The notes under the pieces were generated by a model. That model saw nothing but the letters and a program-made list of their open reading frames with translations, had not been told where the DNA came from and ran no database searches. Both the position numbers and the translations under genes were made by a program. Shown one piece after another: positions 26,924 through 32,000 of a stretch of 32,000 bases of DNA; the first letter of the stretch is position 1, and every line of letters begins with the position of its first letter. The DNA is from Candidatus Saccharimonadota bacterium (GTDB lineage Bacteria > Bacteroidota > Bacteroidia > Flavobacteriales > Blattabacteriaceae), in the NCBI RefSeq assembly GCF_014252415.1, contig NZ_CP059223.1, forward strand, positions 548,139 to 580,138. Direction: 5' to 3'.

Positions 26924-27796
26924 CTATATAGAATATTCTTTAAAAATTGAAAAAATAAATAAAAAAATTCCTAAACAAAAAAGTGGAATACTAAGACACT
27001 GTCCAGTATTTAAATGATAAAAATTAATGAATTCGTTACCTTGAGGTTCTTTTAAAAATTCTATTAAAAAACGAGAAAACCAAACAAAAATAAAAAAAAT
27101 ACCAGAAGTTAATCCATTATTAAATCTTTTTGTTTTCCTATATATAACCCAAAGCGTTATAAACGTTATTAAATATACAATAGATTCATATAATTGTGTA
27201 GGATGTCTCGGTATCATTTTACCATATTCCTTATCCATTTGTAAAAATTTTACTGCCCATGGAAATTTACAAGGTTTTCCAATTATTTCAGAATTAAAAA
27301 AATTACCTATACGAATAAACATAGAAGAAATTGCAATAACAATACATATTCTATCACATAACCAAATAAAAGATTTTTCTTTTAATACTAGTTTTTTATA
27401 TAAAAAATTAGAAAATAAAATACCTAATGCAGCTCCATGGCTAGATAATCCTCTATAACCTACAAATTCATATCCTTTTATAATCCCAAATAAAGATTGA
27501 TGATAGTTTTCCTTAATTGGTAATATAGCTTCAATCCAATGGCTAGAAAAATATGATAAATCATAAAAAAAAACTTGACCTAATCTTGCTCCTATAAGAG
27601 TTCCAAAAAAAGTATATCTCAATAGAGGATCCAAATATTTACAATTAATATTATCGTTTTGATATATATACTGCATTATATACCATCCTAATATAAAAGA
27701 AATAATAAACATTAGACTATAAATATGAATAGTAATTCCTTTCCATATATTAAATTTATGAATAGGATTCCAATTGATATATTCTAATATTTCCAT
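26924..27796 (-). CDS. lgt: Prolipoprotein diacylglyceryl transferase
   Basis: The 290-aa polytopic membrane protein has Lgt signatures (RHPTQLYES, GARLG, IGNFFNSEI.GKP...PWA). Confidence 0.9.
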   Translation of the reverse strand: MEILEYINWNPIHKFNIWKGITIHIYSLMFIISFILGWYIMQYIYQNDNINCKYLDPLLRYTFFGTLIGARLGQVFFYDLSYFSSHWIEAILPIKENYHQSLFGIIKGYEFVGYRGLSSHGAALGILFSNFLYKKLVLKEKSFIWLCDRICIVIAISSMFIRIGNFFNSEIIGKPCKFPWAVKFLQMDKEYGKMIPRHPTQLYESIVYLITFITLWVIYRKTKRFNNGLTSGIFFIFVWFSRFLIEFLKEPQGNEFINFYHLNTGQCLSIPLFCLGIFLFIFSIFKEYSI

Positions 27797-27817
27797 ATAT
27801 TTATTATAATTAATTTT

Positions 27818-28042
27818 TTATTCAGGAGGATCATAGTTCCAATCATTTCTCATAAATGGATTACATTTAATAATTCTATTTATTGTCATAAAAATAGATT
27901 TCAAAATATTCCATTTTTTTAATGAAAGAATCATATATTCTGAACATGTAGGAATATAACGACAATTTTTTCCTATAAAAGGAGATATTAATAATTTGTA
28001 AATTATTACAATTTCTATTAAAAAAATTTTAAAAAAATTCAT
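27818..28042 (-). CDS. yidD: Membrane protein insertion efficiency factor YidD
   Basis: The 74-aa ORF has the YidD signature ISPFIGKNCRYIPTCSEY...RIIKCNPF. Its ATG overlaps the TGA stop of the upstream acn gene (ATGA). Confidence 0.87.
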   Translation of the reverse strand: MNFFKIFLIEIVIIYKLLISPFIGKNCRYIPTCSEYMILSLKKWNILKSIFMTINRIIKCNPFMRNDWNYDPPE

Positions 28043-30324
28043 ATTTTATTTTTTTGTATAAAATTTAATGATGATCCACATTTAAACCATTGAATTTGTT
28101 TATCATTATAAGAATGTTTCACTAAAATTTTTTCTTTTTTTTTATTATTGTGAATCACATCTACAAATAAATTTTTATTAGGGAATAAATCTTTTATATA
28201 AAAATTAAATGTATCATTTTCTTCTATTTTATAGTAATCAGATACATTTAAAAATGTTAAAGCTAAAATTCCTTGTTTTTTTAAATTAGTTTCATGTATT
28301 CTAGAAAATGATTTTACTAATACTACACAAACTTTAAAATATCTAGGTTCCATTGCTGCATGTTCTCTAGAAGAACCTTCTCCATAATTTTCTTCTCCCA
28401 CAATTACACTCATAATATTATTAATTTTATAATACTTTGCAGTATTTGGTACTGTATCATAATTACCTGTAACAAAATTTTTAATCTTATTTGTTTTATT
28501 ATTGAAATAATTTATAGCCTTTATTAATAAATTATTAGAAATATTTTCAATATGTCCTCTATATTTTAACCAAGGTCCTGCCGTAGATATATGATCAGTC
28601 GTACATTTACCTTTTACTTTTATTAATAATTTAACATTAAAAAAATCATTTTCATTCCACGAAGAATAAGGAGATAAAATTTGTAATCGTTTTGAATTTT
28701 TATTTATTTTTATTGATATATTTTTATTATTTCTTAATGGATATTTATATCCTAATTCTTTTAAGCTTAATTTATATTTTTTAATATTTTCAATAATTTT
28801 TGGTTCTTTTAATTTTATTTTTTCTCCAATTTCATTTATTAATGAATCTTTTCTTGGATCAAAATCTATTCTTCCAGAAAGAACTAATGAAGTAACAATT
28901 TCTGGAGATGCTATAAATGCATATGTTTTTGGATTTCCATCATTACGAGATGAAAAATTTCTATTAAAAGAATGAATAATGGTATTTTTTTTATTATTCT
29001 TAATATCATTTCTTTTCCATTGACCAATACATGGACCACACGCATTAGAAAATATTTCGGCGCCAAATTCTTTAAAAGAATCAATAAATCCATTCTTCTC
29101 AAGAAGAGAATAAACTTTATTAGATCCAGGTGATATTATATATTTAGATTTAATTTTTAATCTTTTTTCTTTTGCTTGATTAATTATATCAAGAACTTTC
29201 AATAAATCTTCAGATGAAGAATTCGTACATGATCCAACTAATCCTATTTCTAGTTTATTTGGCCAATTATTCTTTTTTATTTCCTTTTTCATTTTAGATA
29301 TAGGAGTAGCTTTATCAGGAGTAAAAGGTCCATTTATATAAGGCTCCAAAACAGATAAATCTATATTTATAACTTTGTCATAAAAATTATTTGGATTATT
29401 ATAAACTTCAACATCCGGTTTTAAATAATTATGAATATTATTATTATTTATAATTGTTGATATATATTTTCTATCATTATTTATTAAATAATTTTTCATA
29501 TTAAAATCATAAGGAAATAAGGAAGACGTAGCGCCCAATTCTGCTCCCATATTGCATATGGTAGCTTTTCCTGCGCAAGAAATATTTTCTGTTCCATTTC
29601 CAATATATTCAATAATAGAATTTGATCCTCCCATCACCCCAATGATCCCAGATAATTTTAAGATAATATCTTTAGGAGAAGTCCATCCACTTATTTTTCC
29701 TTTTAAAACTACACCAATTAATTTTGGAATGTTTATTTCTAAAAAATAACCAGACATTATTTCTGAAGCTTCAGCTCCACCAATTCCTATTCCTAACATT
29801 CCCAATCCCCCAGAATTTGGGGTATGTGAATCTGTACCTACAATCATACCTCCAGGAAATGCATGATTTTCTAATACCACTTGGTGTATAATTCCTGATC
29901 CTGGTTCCCAAAATCCCATTTTATATTTATTAGAAGTTGATTTTAAAAAATCATATATTTCTTTATTTTCTTTTTTGGAATTTATTAAATCTTTTTTTTT
30001 TCCATATTGAGCATAAATAAGATGATCGCAATGTATAGTAGTGGGAATAGATACTTGATTCTTTTTAGTCTGCATAAACTGTAATATTGCCATTTGTGCA
30101 GTAGCATCTTGCATAGCTAAACGATCCGGATAAAAATTCATATATGAATTTTTATTTTTTTTATGATCAAATAATTCCAGTTGATTTATTTTTTTTATGT
30201 CAATATGAGCGTACAAAATTTTTTCTGAATATGTCATCGGTCGATTGATTATAGATTTAACTTTATCAATCTTATATTTGAATTCTGAATAAAATTTTTT
30301 TATTTTTTCAAAATTAAAAATCAT
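28039..30324 (-). CDS. acn: Aconitate hydratase (mitochondrial-type, about 760 aa)
   Basis: Aconitase Fe-S ligand motifs are present (GTDSHTPN, GSCTNSS, ACGPCIGQW), along with the swivel-domain motif (NYGEGSSREHAA). Confidence 0.95.
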   Translation of the reverse strand: MIFNFEKIKKFYSEFKYKIDKVKSIINRPMTYSEKILYAHIDIKKINQLELFDHKKNKNSYMNFYPDRLAMQDATAQMAILQFMQTKKNQVSIPTTIHCDHLIYAQYGKKKDLINSKKENKEIYDFLKSTSNKYKMGFWEPGSGIIHQVVLENHAFPGGMIVGTDSHTPNSGGLGMLGIGIGGAEASEIMSGYFLEINIPKLIGVVLKGKISGWTSPKDIILKLSGIIGVMGGSNSIIEYIGNGTENISCAGKATICNMGAELGATSSLFPYDFNMKNYLINNDRKYISTIINNNNIHNYLKPDVEVYNNPNNFYDKVINIDLSVLEPYINGPFTPDKATPISKMKKEIKKNNWPNKLEIGLVGSCTNSSSEDLLKVLDIINQAKEKRLKIKSKYIISPGSNKVYSLLEKNGFIDSFKEFGAEIFSNACGPCIGQWKRNDIKNNKKNTIIHSFNRNFSSRNDGNPKTYAFIASPEIVTSLVLSGRIDFDPRKDSLINEIGEKIKLKEPKIIENIKKYKLSLKELGYKYPLRNNKNISIKINKNSKRLQILSPYSSWNENDFFNVKLLIKVKGKCTTDHISTAGPWLKYRGHIENISNNLLIKAINYFNNKTNKIKNFVTGNYDTVPNTAKYYKINNIMSVIVGEENYGEGSSREHAAMEPRYFKVCVVLVKSFSRIHETNLKKQGILALTFLNVSDYYKIEENDTFNFYIKDLFPNKNLFVDVIHNNKKKEKILVKHSYNDKQIQWFKCGSSLNFIQKNKI

Positions 30325-30634
30325 AAAAAATTATTTTTATATTTTTTGATTTGCAGATTTTATTAGAAAAATACATAATTTATTTACAAAAATCTAAAAA
30401 ATTATTTACTATGTAGATAACCTCTAATCAATTATATAGTTTTTAATATAAAAACTCAACCATATTTTACTTTAATCCTTATTTTTACAATAAAAAAATG
30501 AATTCTAAATAATTTAAAAAAAATTAATATTTTTTCTTTTGGAGATTTTTTTAATTTAATTAAAAATCTAATAATATAGAATCATCTTTATATTTCCAAA
30601 TTTATTTTATAAATTTTAATTCATTGTAATAAAC

Positions 30635-31858
30635 TCATATAATTATTTTCTTATTATTTATCGAATTTAGTTTTTTATCTAAATTAACTATTTGAGTTAT
30701 TTCTAATCCGAATTCTTTTGAAGCTGTTAATAAATGGTCAAAAACACTTGCTTGTATTTGTTCATACTTAATAGATTCAGCAGTTTTTACAAAACAATAT
30801 AATTCTATGGGAAGACCATAATGAGTTGGTTCCAAATGTCTTACCATTAATGTTTCAGAATTAGATATATTTGGATGTTGATATAAATATTCTAAAGCAT
30901 ATTTTTGAAAAAGACCAATATTAGTTAATCTTTTTGCATTTAAATCTACATTATTGTATACATTTTTTTTATAAAAGGAATTTATTTCTTTTTGTTTCTC
31001 TTTTATATAATTTTTTATTAAATAAATATTTTGATATTTTTTTAAATTTTCTGAATTATAAAAATAAAATGATTGAATATTAAATATTATAGATCTTTTA
31101 ATTCTTCTTATGTTTTTTTTTCGCATTACTTCAAAATTAGTTACAGCTGTAGAAATTAAATCATAAGTAGGTATACTAGTTATAGTTTTATCAAAATTTT
31201 CTATTTTAGCAGATATCAAATTTATTTCAAGTACATTTCCTTCTATATTATATTTAGAAATTCCAATCCAATCTCCAACTTTTATCATTTTTGTAGAAGA
31301 CATTTGTAATCCAGAAACAAATCCTAAAATAGTATCTCTAAACATTAATATTACAATAGCTGTAATTGTCCCTAAACTAGTTAAAATACTAATTAAGTTA
31401 TTTTTTGTAATAATTGCAATAATTATTAGTATACAAAATATTATGGAAATAATTTTTAATAATTGAGAAAAAGAATGAACAGCTATTGTTTTATGATTAT
31501 TTTCACTTGTAGATATTTCCATAATAGAATTCATTACTCTAATCAATAATTGTAATGAAATTAACACAAAGGCAATGTTAAATATTATTTCTAAATAAAC
31601 AATGATTATATCATGATTTTTAAAAAAAAATTTACTTAAAAAAAAACCTAAAAATAATGGTAAAAAATTTGATAAACTATCAAAAACTTTTTTTTCATAA
31701 AAAATATTTCCCCATGCAATATAAATATAACTTAAAATTTTTTTAACAAAAAAATTCGATGATTTCTTAAATAAAAATGTTATCATTACCATAATGATTA
31801 TAAAACTTAACAGTTTTGTAGCTGTTACGAAAAAAGATATAACAAGATATTTGTCCAT
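30635..31858 (-). CDS. Mechanosensitive ion channel, MscS family (YbdG/MscM-like)
   Basis: The 407-aa ORF has N-terminal TM helices followed by the MscS pore and beta-domain pattern (MFRDTILGFVSGLQMS..KMIKVGDWI......EGNVLEINL....IENFDKT...IP). The C-terminal cytoplasmic domain is present. Confidence 0.8.
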   Translation of the reverse strand: MDKYLVISFFVTATKLLSFIIIMVMITFLFKKSSNFFVKKILSYIYIAWGNIFYEKKVFDSLSNFLPLFLGFFLSKFFFKNHDIIIVYLEIIFNIAFVLISLQLLIRVMNSIMEISTSENNHKTIAVHSFSQLLKIISIIFCILIIIAIITKNNLISILTSLGTITAIVILMFRDTILGFVSGLQMSSTKMIKVGDWIGISKYNIEGNVLEINLISAKIENFDKTITSIPTYDLISTAVTNFEVMRKKNIRRIKRSIIFNIQSFYFYNSENLKKYQNIYLIKNYIKEKQKEINSFYKKNVYNNVDLNAKRLTNIGLFQKYALEYLYQHPNISNSETLMVRHLEPTHYGLPIELYCFVKTAESIKYEQIQASVFDHLLTASKEFGLEITQIVNLDKKLNSINNKKIII

Positions 31859-32000
31859 AAAATTATATACTAATTTATTCGATTGAAATCATAAATTTAC
31901 ATATCTAATTAAGTAATTAAATATTTTTTAATTAATTGAAATTTTTTATTTTATTTTCATTTTAGTAAATAATATATTTATTATAAAATTTTTAAATATT

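Noticed and set aside
28911-29102. 63-aa minus-strand ORF in an alternative frame within acn
   Set aside because: It overlaps the aconitase frame, which carries all the catalytic motifs. It is an out-of-frame chance ORF.
29552-29749. 65-aa plus-strand ORF inside acn
   Set aside because: It is an antisense shadow of aconitase with no motif support.
30543-30569. 8-bp AT-only inverted repeat (AGATTTTT...AAAAATCT) as a possible mscS terminator
   Set aside because: The stem has a single G-C pair, the loop is 11 nt and no T-tract follows on the relevant strand. Such repeats are expected by chance in sequence this AT-rich.
1-32000. Alternative genetic code, mobile elements, CRISPR arrays, prophage or defence islands
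   Set aside because: All long ORFs are intact under the standard code, and TGA is used as a real stop (glyQS, sufS, acn). I see no transposase, integrase or Cas-like ORFs, no regularly spaced direct repeats, and no gene without a housekeeping-type explanation apart from the small conserved unknowns already listed.

Overview
This window is extremely AT-rich and tightly packed, with Lys/Ile/Asn-rich proteins, tiny or overlapping intergenic gaps and only housekeeping genes. That is the signature of a reduced Bacteroidota (Flavobacteriales) insect-endosymbiont genome. The LpxC-FabZ fusion, HU, DUF2795, an HsdR_N-like orphan protein, a roughly 760-aa aconitase, sufABCDS and TAnnTTTG boxes fit a Blattabacterium-like organism; that assignment is inference from memory and is not verified. 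I support 31 protein genes: secA, a DUF2795 gene, fmt, hup, pdxH, pheT, glyQS, trxB, an HsdR_N-like gene, gap, lepA, pth, sucD, lpxC-fabZ, rpmH (missed by the ORF track), an M14 carboxypeptidase, a CPBP protease, rnz, rbfA, rpmA, rplU, sufS/D/C/B/A, a DUF192 gene, lgt, yidD, acn and an MscS-family channel. I also support 4 tRNAs (two with CAU anticodons, Arg-CCG and Arg-CCU), one strong shared hairpin terminator and several candidate Bacteroidetes-type -7 promoter boxes. I see no mobile elements, CRISPR, defence, toxin or secondary-metabolite loci, and no evidence for a novel multi-gene system. The items worth a second look are domain-level erosion (PheT lacks its OB-fold domain, and the LpxC half of LpxC-FabZ is shortened), two conserved unknown-function proteins retained despite genome reduction (DUF2795 and the HsdR_N-like PD-(D/E)xK protein), tRNA oddities, and unusual operon fusions.
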